Of a DNA stretch of 64,000 nt, positions 25,610-33,992 are shown piece by piece. A program made the translations under genes and the position numbers. How positions within the stretch are numbered: position 1 is the stretch's first letter; the number at the start of each line of letters is the position of its first letter. Under the pieces are notes generated by a model. The model made no database searches. It saw nothing but the letters and a program-made list of their open reading frames with translations, and was not told the origin of the DNA. Source of the DNA: Gammaproteobacteria bacterium (GTDB lineage: Bacteria; Pseudomonadota; Gammaproteobacteria; Eutrophobiales; Eutrophobiaceae); assembly GCA_965222155.1 (NCBI GenBank), contig CBDCTH010000012.1, positions 704,001 through 768,000 on the forward strand, written 5' to 3'.

Positions 25610-25636
25610 AACCCCGCGCTTGCGGGGTTTTGTTTT
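25610..25636 (+). terminator. Intrinsic terminator
   Basis: AACCCCGC-GCTT-GCGGGGTT followed by TTGTTTT. Confidence 0.8.
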
Positions 25637-25768
25637 AACTGTTTATCCCCAGAGAGCGGAACAACATCTTTCGGGCATTACGGTGCCTTCGAACCTGTGG
25701 ACAATGATGTGTGGATCAGTTAATCATTCCAGGAATCAAATAGTGGTACTGACAGTCATATCAACATC

Positions 25769-25957
25769 ATGGGATTATTTGAACAGGTTTTAGTCGGTAT
25801 ATTAGCCGCCGGCGTCCTTTTCTTTTTCTGGCCCGGGGCGAAGGCCGCGATGAAGAAAAGCAGGGAAGCGGAGAACCCGGATTGGTCAAGTGCGCTTATA
25901 CCTATCGGCATAGTGGTCCTGTTCATCATATTCTTGATCATCCTTGCCCGGAATTGA
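25769..25957 (+). CDS. Small two-helix membrane protein
   Basis: 62 aa with two hydrophobic segments flanking WPG...DW. Confidence 0.65.
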   Translation: MGLFEQVLVGILAAGVLFFFWPGAKAAMKKSREAENPDWSSALIPIGIVVLFIIFLIILARN

Positions 25958-25985
25958 TCGTTAGCCTGTTTCAAGTCGATTTTCC

Positions 25986-26639
25986 ATGTACGAGCTCTAT
26001 CTGGTAGAAAAAATAGCCGTCGCCGCCGTTCCCATTATCTTTGCCATTACCGTGCATGAAGTCGCCCACGGCTGGGTGGCGAGTAAACTGGGTGATCACA
26101 CGGCAAAGCTGGCTGGTCGGTTGACGCTGAACCCGGTAAGACACATCGACCCGGTAGGTACTATTGCCGTCCCTCTCATCATGATTGCCTTAACGCCTTT
26201 TGCCTTCGGTTGGGCAAAACCGGTACCTGTGGACTGGCGCAACCTGAAGCAGCCGAGGCGTGACATGGCGCTGGTGGCGGCGGCAGGACCGGGAGCTAAT
26301 CTCATTATGCTGGCGCTATGGACGCTGCTGCTGTCGGCTTTGTTTGCAACAGGCAACTCCGTTTCTTATGTGTCAACCTTATTGATTGAAATGGCGAAGG
26401 TCGGGATCATCATCAATATCGTATTGATTGCCCTGAACCTGTTGCCCCTGCCTCCCCTGGATGGTAGCCGGATTGTAACGGCTTTCCTTTCACCCGCAGC
26501 AGCGCACAAGTATAACGCCCTGGAACGCTGGGGCCTGCCGATCCTGGTTGTCCTGATCTTCACCGGAGTCCTGGGAAAGATCCTGCATCCGCTGATTGGT
26601 TTCATGCTCTCCATTGTGAATACGTTATTAAGTGGCTAA
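25986..26639 (+). CDS. Site-2 protease (M50 family)
   Basis: HEVAH, AAAGP, NLLPLPPLDG. Confidence 0.92.
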   Translation: MYELYLVEKIAVAAVPIIFAITVHEVAHGWVASKLGDHTAKLAGRLTLNPVRHIDPVGTIAVPLIMIALTPFAFGWAKPVPVDWRNLKQPRRDMALVAAAGPGANLIMLALWTLLLSALFATGNSVSYVSTLLIEMAKVGIIINIVLIALNLLPLPPLDGSRIVTAFLSPAAAHKYNALERWGLPILVVLIFTGVLGKILHPLIGFMLSIVNTLLSG

Positions 26640-26818
26640 ACGGTGATGGCAACTGGGTTCATCACTAAAACGACAAAAGAAAATACCGGCGGGTTCAGCC
26701 TGACAACAGGGGTAATACTACCATCTGACAGTCCGTAACCTTGCGAATTCCATTGCTCCAGACGGCGTTTTGTGATAAAGTCCGCTACCGGTCGAAGAAT
26801 AAGAACAGGGGGAGGGCA

Positions 26819-28213
26819 ATGACCAGTAACTGTATCAATCTATCACTTCAACGCTTTACACTCCTCGGCAAAACTCTCGCAGGTTTCATACTGCTGCTAG
26901 TCTCAATAGACGCTAACGCCGCCGTGGAACAGGAAATACAGTTCGTATTCAATACCTTTTCATTCCTTGTCTGGGGCGCGCTCGTGATGTGGATGTGCGC
27001 CGGTTTCACCATGCTCGAAGCGGGTTCGGTGCGCACCAAGAACGCTTCGGTTATCTGCCTGAAGAACATCGGTATTTATTCCATCGCCGGCCTTATGTAC
27101 TACTTCGTGGGCTACAATCTCATGTATACGGATGTGTCCGGGTGGATCGGCTCTTTCACCTTTCTCTACGGCCCGTCGGCGGACGAGCTTGCTTTGCTGT
27201 CCGGTGATGAGAATGCGAAAGCCGCGGTGATCGATAACGGTTATTCCGTAATGTCCGACTGGTTCTTCCAGATGGTGTTTGTCGCGACCACGGCATCCAT
27301 TATTTCCGGCACCATGGCTGAACGGGTGCGGCTGTGGTCATTTTTTCTCTTTACTATTTTTCTGACCGGTCTCATTTATCCTCTCGTCGGCGCCTGGACC
27401 TGGGGCGGCGGCTGGCTCAATGAAATGGGCTTTCAGGATTTTGCCGGGTCCACTATTGTCCACTCGACCGGCGGCTGGGCAGCGCTGGCCGGCGCCCTGG
27501 TAGTAGGTCCGAGATTAGGCAAATTCCGTCCTGACGGCAGTGTCAAGTCCACGCCGCCATCGAACGTCCCTATCGTGACCCTGGGTGTTTTTATCCTGTG
27601 GCTCGGTTGGTTCGGCTTCAACGGCGGGTCGCAACTCGCCTTGGGCGGTGCAGCCGATGCAGTGGCAATGAGCAACGTGCTGGTCAATACCAACCTGGCG
27701 GCGGCGGCCGGGGTTATGGCGGCTATCAGCGTATCACGGCCTCTCCTGGGACGGATTGATCTGCTCGCCGGACTGAACGGCGCAATAGCCGGGCTGGTCT
27801 CAATTACCGCGGGCCCGGATATCGTCGCTCATTACTGGGCGGTCGCTATCGGGATGGTCGGGGGCGTTATCTGCGTGGTCGCAATGAAGCTCCTGGAAAC
27901 ATGGAAAGTGGATGACGTAGTCGGCGCGATCCCTGCGCACCTGTTTGCCGGTGTCTGGGGTACCCTGGCAGTCTGCATTGCGGCCGGCGGCGACATCATG
28001 GTGCAGCTCACCGGCGTGCTTGCGGTCGGGGCGTTTGTCTTCCTGACTTCATTAGTCTTGTGGTTTGCCATTGAGAAGACTATAGGAGTCCGGGTAACTG
28101 CCGCTGTTGAAGAGGTAGGCCAGGATTCGGCGGAACTCGGGATCGAATCCTATCCCGAGTTTGCACTGATGCCGGATGTGGATGATGTTGATTTTCTGAC
28201 CAGGGAAGATTGA
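26819..28213 (+). CDS. amt: Ammonium transporter (Amt family)
   Basis: DFAGSTIVH, WFGFNGGS, DDVVGAIPAH (twin His). Start ATG 26819 after GGAGG. Confidence 0.95.
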   Translation: MTSNCINLSLQRFTLLGKTLAGFILLLVSIDANAAVEQEIQFVFNTFSFLVWGALVMWMCAGFTMLEAGSVRTKNASVICLKNIGIYSIAGLMYYFVGYNLMYTDVSGWIGSFTFLYGPSADELALLSGDENAKAAVIDNGYSVMSDWFFQMVFVATTASIISGTMAERVRLWSFFLFTIFLTGLIYPLVGAWTWGGGWLNEMGFQDFAGSTIVHSTGGWAALAGALVVGPRLGKFRPDGSVKSTPPSNVPIVTLGVFILWLGWFGFNGGSQLALGGAADAVAMSNVLVNTNLAAAAGVMAAISVSRPLLGRIDLLAGLNGAIAGLVSITAGPDIVAHYWAVAIGMVGGVICVVAMKLLETWKVDDVVGAIPAHLFAGVWGTLAVCIAAGGDIMVQLTGVLAVGAFVFLTSLVLWFAIEKTIGVRVTAAVEEVGQDSAELGIESYPEFALMPDVDDVDFLTRED

Positions 28214-28294
28214 ACTCCGCTAATTTAGCGGGGCCAAGTAAATAATCCGGTTCGCAATATTCCAGGGAGGGGATAGCTGAAAGAAGGTGTACAA

Positions 28295-28474
28295 ATGAAT
28301 CCTGCAGATGAAACGAAAATCATAGTAGCCGATATTAAGATGCCATTCATCTCAATGGTCGTTTTCATGGTCAAATGGGCGATAGCGGCAATTCCGGCGA
28401 TTATCATTTTGTTTATATTGGGTGCAATCCTGTCCGGTATATTCGGCAGTTTATCTCTCGGCATCGGTGTATAA
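28295..28474 (+). CDS. Small membrane protein (59 aa, not in ORF track)
   Basis: MNPADETKIIVADIKMPFISMVVFMVKWAIAAIPAIIILFILGAILSGIFGSLSLGIGV*, with AAGG upstream. Confidence 0.7.
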   Translation: MNPADETKIIVADIKMPFISMVVFMVKWAIAAIPAIIILFILGAILSGIFGSLSLGIGV

Positions 28475-28527
28475 GGTGGTACCTCTTTGTGACCGTCGCC
28501 ATGGAATCAGCCCGCGCTGGGGTTGGG

Positions 28528-29868
28528 TTAATCCACTATACGGATTTTATTACCTACTGTATTCACCGGTTCGCCGTTTTCAAAACGTGGCCGGTAGATG
28601 CGCCCGCGGATCGTTTTCTTGGCATTTCTGCGGGCGGAGGTAGCATCCGGCGGCTCCGATTCGAGAATCTGTACATTTTTTGCACGGCCGGTGCTGGATA
28701 CGTCAAATGACGCGAGAACGGAAGTTGTCTTCTCCTGTTCCAGTTTGTCATCGACTTCGGGTAACGGCAGCCGTAGCGCCGGCAAATTCTGTGGCTTGCC
28801 GAATAATTCTTCAATCACTTCCTGGTGTTCACCGGTATCAGCCAGGAGTTGATAAGCGGATTTATAGTTCTTGTGGGCCGTGGTTTTCTTGCCTCTCAGG
28901 AGATTCCAGTCACCCAGGTGCACCAAGGCCCTGGCATGGGAATCCCTGGGCAGGTCAGGATTAGTCTCATGTATCTGCACAATTTGTTTCAACGCTTTGC
29001 CCACTGCAACGATACGTTGCCCCAGGGCGAAGTCCTTACTGCTGGACTGGCTGGCATAATAGCTTGGGTCGGGTACCCTTATGGTGTTACAGATACGTCT
29101 GGCGCCGCCGTTGGCTGTCGGAACGGTACGGCATATCACCTGGGTCCGGGTCGGACTACCGGCGCCGTGAAACTCATCCTGCGGGGTATTGGCGACTTCG
29201 ATGGCATACTGGTAATTTGTCAATGCCCTGCCGTAGAGCGGGTTGATCAGCCTTGGATCATTCTCACCATACTGGCGTTCCAGGATAACAATCGTATCCC
29301 GGAACAGTTTTTCGGATTCACCGATAGTACTGATTGCGCTGCTGTCCAGCAGGTCTTCCTTGTAGGCTTTCAGCTTCCAGCGCCCGACCGTATCGACGAC
29401 GGGTAACAGACGCGGGTCGCCGGCATCATAATTGCGCTTGTTTATCCATAGCAGTTGTTGATAGTTCTGATCCACTTCCTCCCAGTTGGCACTGGCGATA
29501 TTGCTTTTGATGAGTTGCTCTAAAATGAGCAGTTGGCTGGTACTGTAGAGTCCTTCATTGACCCGCTTGATTTGCAGGGCGCGTGTGAATGCCTCAACGG
29601 CTTCATCATGCTTTCCGTCGTTTTGGTAGACCAGACCGACGGATAACAGAAATTCACCCGTAGCGGGGTCGTAAACGCCATGTTCAGCCTCCCGGGCCTG
29701 GATTTCCCGCTCGTATTCCGCTATGGATTGAGAGAGATTAACCTGAGCTTGAGAATCTCTGCTGACTGAGGTGCTGTCTGCTTGACTTTCCCCGGCATGG
29801 GTGTAAGGCAGGCACACCAGAGAGAGAGAAGCAAGCGCTATTCTGATTTGAAATAAGCCAGGTTTCAT
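28528..29868 (-). CDS. Exported TPR-repeat protein with TonB C-terminal-like domain
   Basis: Signal peptide, TPR-like helices, C-terminal FDVSSTGRAKNVQI...YRPRFENGEPV. Confidence 0.75.
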   Translation of the reverse strand: MKPGLFQIRIALASLSLVCLPYTHAGESQADSTSVSRDSQAQVNLSQSIAEYEREIQAREAEHGVYDPATGEFLLSVGLVYQNDGKHDEAVEAFTRALQIKRVNEGLYSTSQLLILEQLIKSNIASANWEEVDQNYQQLLWINKRNYDAGDPRLLPVVDTVGRWKLKAYKEDLLDSSAISTIGESEKLFRDTIVILERQYGENDPRLINPLYGRALTNYQYAIEVANTPQDEFHGAGSPTRTQVICRTVPTANGGARRICNTIRVPDPSYYASQSSSKDFALGQRIVAVGKALKQIVQIHETNPDLPRDSHARALVHLGDWNLLRGKKTTAHKNYKSAYQLLADTGEHQEVIEELFGKPQNLPALRLPLPEVDDKLEQEKTTSVLASFDVSSTGRAKNVQILESEPPDATSARRNAKKTIRGRIYRPRFENGEPVNTVGNKIRIVD

Positions 29869-30027
29869 TATACCGTCACATACTTTTGGTTATCATTACG
29901 ATCCTGGACTTCCGGGATAGTTCATGATTAAAGTATAGCACCACTAAGCGGTATTTCTCACCAATGGGTTTGATGAGGACGGCCTGGATTCAATAGAACG
30001 CAGTTGCCCTGAGGTTAAGCGCGGTGT

Positions 30028-30666
30028 TTAAGGCGGCGGCTCCAAAATCCGGATCTGCAGGGCCTTGCATGAATGATCGTTGATTGCTGATATATCATCC
30101 GGGCATGCTGAAGCAGCCACTAAAACATCCATCTCAGCCAGAAACTCTATATAGTCGCCTTTTTCGGTACGGGGAGGGTCGATGCGTATGGCGCCCTCAC
30201 CCCCGGGGTCGATTCTGACATTGGCAAAAGCGTTGAAAACACTGGGACTATATATATCTTCAAGTTCCAGGCCAAATTCCCCCAGAGCGTCGGTAAAATT
30301 ATCGCTGCAGCTTCGATGACCCGGCGCCTTCCAGATGTCCATCATGGTCCTGGTGCAGTGTGGACCCAGGAAATGATCGCCGATTTTGTTATCAATAACA
30401 GTTAACATCACGTTTTCATATGGAACCTTGGAATAGAGCTTACCAAGCCTGTAATGGCTGCCCATGCCGGATGGATGGAAATAATTCAGGCCTCCGGAGA
30501 ACTCGGCCATGAACTGTTCCTTGTAATTGTGTGCGTTCAGGAATATGAGACCGGCAACTTGTTTTCCTTGATGTTCAATGACGCGAAACGCCTGACCCTT
30601 GTTGACCCTGAAGGCCTTGCCAGTGCACTTGGGGATGATGAATTCATTAATCACCTTCGAGGTCAT
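30028..30666 (-). CDS. DUF1989 (urea-carboxylase-associated/YcgI) family protein
   Basis: GKAFRVNKGQAFRVI..GKQVA, RSCSDNF, GDYIEFLAEMDVLVAASACP. Confidence 0.85.
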   Translation of the reverse strand: MTSKVINEFIIPKCTGKAFRVNKGQAFRVIEHQGKQVAGLIFLNAHNYKEQFMAEFSGGLNYFHPSGMGSHYRLGKLYSKVPYENVMLTVIDNKIGDHFLGPHCTRTMMDIWKAPGHRSCSDNFTDALGEFGLELEDIYSPSVFNAFANVRIDPGGEGAIRIDPPRTEKGDYIEFLAEMDVLVAASACPDDISAINDHSCKALQIRILEPPP

Positions 30667-30672
30667 CGTTTC

Positions 30673-31350
30673 TTATTCCTTCCATTCCAAGACCTGAAAC
30701 CTTAAGGCTTTGGCTTTAAAATCATTGCACGGACTTGTTTCATCCGGACATACCGAGAAAACGGCAATGACATCCATCTCCGCCAGAAAGTCTATATAGT
30801 CCCCCGTTTCCGCAAGGGGACGGGCAAAGTTCATGCCGCCATCTTCACCAAGCCACGAGTTCATCCAGACGTTGAAGATAGTTTCGTCATAGGTGTCTTC
30901 CTGCTTCAGGCCAATCTCTCTGAAAGCATCGGCAAAGTTATCGCTGCAGGTCCTGGTCCCCGGGAGGCCAAGATGTTCCAGTAATCGATTTGAGCAGTGA
31001 CACATCATTAAATGGCCGGCTCTTTCTCCCCCCCTGGCGCCGTCGCCAACTTTGTCATCGACGACGGTTGCCATGACATTCTCATAGGGAGGCTTGGAGT
31101 AGAGTTTGGTGAGCCGATAATAGCCACCTGTCCCCTGCATACTGTTCAGCATGGCGGAATACTCGGCGGCGAAGTGCTCCTTATAATTGTGCGCGTTTAA
31201 AAAAGTAAGATCGACTACCTGTTTCCCTTCATGCTCGATAACACGAAACACTTGGCCCTTCTCCACCCTCATCGTCTTACCCGTACTTCTGGGCACAACG
31301 AGATCCTGGATGACTTCCCACCCCATGGTTGTTTTATTTCCTACGGCCAC
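30673..31350 (-). CDS. DUF1989 family protein, paralogue of the downstream gene
   Basis: GQVFRVIEHEGKQVVD, TCSDNF, GDYIDFLAEMDVIAVFSVCP. Start may be ATG 31326. Confidence 0.85.
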   Translation of the reverse strand: MAVGNKTTMGWEVIQDLVVPRSTGKTMRVEKGQVFRVIEHEGKQVVDLTFLNAHNYKEHFAAEYSAMLNSMQGTGGYYRLTKLYSKPPYENVMATVVDDKVGDGARGGERAGHLMMCHCSNRLLEHLGLPGTRTCSDNFADAFREIGLKQEDTYDETIFNVWMNSWLGEDGGMNFARPLAETGDYIDFLAEMDVIAVFSVCPDETSPCNDFKAKALRFQVLEWKE

Positions 31351-31676
31351 TCAAAGATCAGTCTCGAAGGCGGCCCGGGAGGAGGTTGAGATAAATCAAT
31401 GCCCAGAGTTTCCCTGAGAAAATTCTTTTGCATGACTGGAAGCGCTTGTTCCGATTGGGAGAATTCCCGGAGCATGGAAAACGGGTCATCGGATTGAAAT
31501 ACCAGGATAAGCAAATCCCCTTGAGGCGTTTCCTGTATATGCCAGCTCTCATGCAATATGCTGAAACCTTTTAGCGTATCTTCAAATTCTTCATGTTCAA
31601 CAGCTTCTGCAAGATGTTGCTCCAACGCTTTTGTTTTTCCCGGCGGGACCGGAACTGCCATTGCCAGAACAGGCAT
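31341..31676 (-). CDS. Small alpha+beta barrel-like protein (DUF6176-like)
   Basis: PVPPGK...ESWHIQETPQGD...GIDLSQPPPGP pattern; GGAG RBS. Confidence 0.6.
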   Translation of the reverse strand: MPVLAMAVPVPPGKTKALEQHLAEAVEHEEFEDTLKGFSILHESWHIQETPQGDLLILVFQSDDPFSMLREFSQSEQALPVMQKNFLRETLGIDLSQPPPGPPSRLIFEWP

Positions 31677-31768
31677 GAGTGTCTCCTTTATTGGTAAAAA
31701 GAAAAGTTACTTGCTCAATGTTCAGCTTGATTGATTCAGCCAGGATTATTCTGTACCGGACATCATCT

Positions 31769-32662
31769 TCAGACTTCCGGCGGACCAGCCTGAATCTGTT
31801 CGCGCACCTGCCCCAACGTTCCGGGTCTGCCACACTCAAGCCATTCGAACCACCAGGTGGCGCCGGCGTCCCGGTAGGACTGTAACCTGCTGCGCGCTTC
31901 ATCCCTCTCCATTCCGTATGTGATGCCAGAGGCGATAACATCAAATGGCTCATCTGTGTCGCGTAAATCCGCTGTAAACCTGACCACTTCACGGATCTGT
32001 TCCGGACTGGGAGACATAATCACGCGCAGGTCCGTATCCGAGATATCCTGTGTTTCTTCAAGAATCGCCGGTATTACGTGAGGCATGATCCCATCCCAAC
32101 GCGCGGCCCGGCGTTGGCCCGGTTTTGCCGGTAACATGGCGGCAACCCAAACCGGAATGCGCGGGCGTTGCACTGGACGCGGGAGTAGTCTGGCGTCCTT
32201 AATCCGGTACATTTCTCCATCGAAGTTTACCGCTTCTCCCGTATGCAGTTTTTCCATTATGGTGACACCTTCGTCCGTTTTCCTCGCCAGCACTTTCTTA
32301 TCAGGGTCTTCCCCGAAGTTCGAAAATTCCTGATCCAGACCTCCCAACCCGATCCCAATGCGCAGGCGGCCGCCCGATAATTGATCCAGGCTGGCAAACT
32401 CCTTTGCCAGCTTCCATGGTCGTCGGCGGGATACCGGTGTGACCATCGCCCCGATAATGACCTTCTTTGTAACTGCAGCGATCCCACCAAGCGTAACGGT
32501 AGGATCTGCAAGCGCCAAGTGGCCCCCGGGATCCAGAAGCAAATGGTCACAGATGAAATAACCGTCCCAACCGGCCTCTTCAGTAATTCTGGCCAGGTCC
32601 AACAGGTTATTCGGGTCGGAATATTCGTGGATGGTCGGGGCGACGAATACTGCTTTTTTCAT
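31769..32662 (-). CDS. Luciferase-like (LLM) flavin-dependent oxidoreductase
   Basis: EEAGWDGYFICDH, VTPVSRRRPW, LDQLSGGR, PRPVQRPRIPVW. Confidence 0.9.
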   Translation of the reverse strand: MKKAVFVAPTIHEYSDPNNLLDLARITEEAGWDGYFICDHLLLDPGGHLALADPTVTLGGIAAVTKKVIIGAMVTPVSRRRPWKLAKEFASLDQLSGGRLRIGIGLGGLDQEFSNFGEDPDKKVLARKTDEGVTIMEKLHTGEAVNFDGEMYRIKDARLLPRPVQRPRIPVWVAAMLPAKPGQRRAARWDGIMPHVIPAILEETQDISDTDLRVIMSPSPEQIREVVRFTADLRDTDEPFDVIASGITYGMERDEARSRLQSYRDAGATWWFEWLECGRPGTLGQVREQIQAGPPEV

Positions 32663-32698
32663 GGATAACAATCTTTTTATTAAATTCCTGCTCGTGTC

Positions 32699-33928
32699 TC
32701 AGGTGCCCAGACTGACGATATCCGTCGGGAAAGTAGGTAACAGGTCGCAACCGTCCTTTGTGACATGCACGTAGTCTTCACCGCCGTATACCCTGTGGTG
32801 ACCCAACTCATCAGTTTCAAACATCCAGCACTCGACGGCCAGCACCATATCTTCCTTCACCACGAATTTTTCACCGAGAGCGATCGCAGGAGGTTCCTGA
32901 CCGTCCAGTCCGACACCGTGTCCGCCCTGGTCCAGGGAACAGTGCAGGCCGCCGTCCTGTAATGTCTGGTTGATGGCATCCATGATCTCACCTGTTGTCA
33001 CACCTGGTTTTGTGACTTGCGCGGCGACTTCACGGCCGCGGTCCAGGACTTGTATCTTGCGAATCTCCTCATCCGGCGCCGGCCCCATATGAAAGGTGCG
33101 GCCGGAACTTCCCCAGTAACCCTTGACTTCAGGCAGCGGTTCCAGCACCAGGCGATCGCCCGGCATCAGAGGAATGCCTTCATCCCAGGCCGGGATGTCC
33201 GCCATGAATACCTTGCGGCGGCTGGCCATACAAAGACAAGGTTTACATTCATCCGCATATTCGAGGAGTTTTTGCCGGACAAACAGACCGACGTCTTTCT
33301 CGGTCCAACCCCACTCAAAATTGGCAACCAGGTCGTGGTACGCTTTGACGTCAGCTTCACATGCGATCTTTAACGCCTCTACCTCCAACAGCGACTTGAT
33401 CATCCTGACGTTCCAGATCTGGTCTGCGGCATAGACAAACTCCACGTCCGGAAGCGCAGCGCGAAACTCATCGATATCGTTGATTGGCCTTGGAATGGTC
33501 ATGCCCCCTTTGATGCCACCCTCGATTCCAACCCGGCCCTTGCTGCTGCCCATAAGTTCCTTTGCGACATCCGCTACCTCTCTTGGCAGGCCCCTGAGAT
33601 GTGCGGTCACGTGCGGATGGTGCTGGCAGCGAATATCCTCAATAAAGGTATAACCCTCTACCACACCCTGGAAAAAGTCCGGCACGATCATTACTGGTTC
33701 CTTATCGACGGCAATCAGCAGTACGGCGGGGCATACTGTGACCGGCGGCCAGTGATTCGAGTAAAAGCCGGTGAAGTAACGGATGTTAATGTCGCCCCAC
33801 ATGACCATCACATCCAGCCTGGCCGCTGCCATTTCTTCTTTCAGTCGGCGAACGCGGTCCTCAAACTCGGGCCTGGGAAAAGGTGCATACGGGGGCTGCG
33901 CATAGAATCGTTCCACTTTATTAAGCAT
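32699..33928 (-). CDS. M24 (pita-bread) hydrolase with creatinase-type N-domain
   Basis: NIRYFTG, RMIKS..E, GHGVGL, LAVE, GGED; the two Asp metal ligands appear replaced. Confidence 0.85.
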   Translation of the reverse strand: MLNKVERFYAQPPYAPFPRPEFEDRVRRLKEEMAAARLDVMVMWGDINIRYFTGFYSNHWPPVTVCPAVLLIAVDKEPVMIVPDFFQGVVEGYTFIEDIRCQHHPHVTAHLRGLPREVADVAKELMGSSKGRVGIEGGIKGGMTIPRPINDIDEFRAALPDVEFVYAADQIWNVRMIKSLLEVEALKIACEADVKAYHDLVANFEWGWTEKDVGLFVRQKLLEYADECKPCLCMASRRKVFMADIPAWDEGIPLMPGDRLVLEPLPEVKGYWGSSGRTFHMGPAPDEEIRKIQVLDRGREVAAQVTKPGVTTGEIMDAINQTLQDGGLHCSLDQGGHGVGLDGQEPPAIALGEKFVVKEDMVLAVECWMFETDELGHHRVYGGEDYVHVTKDGCDLLPTFPTDIVSLGT

Positions 33929-33992
33929 TTGTCATGTACCTCTTATGGCGGTGACTATGTAGTAAAAGCCGGCTGATGCAGGAATATCTCAA

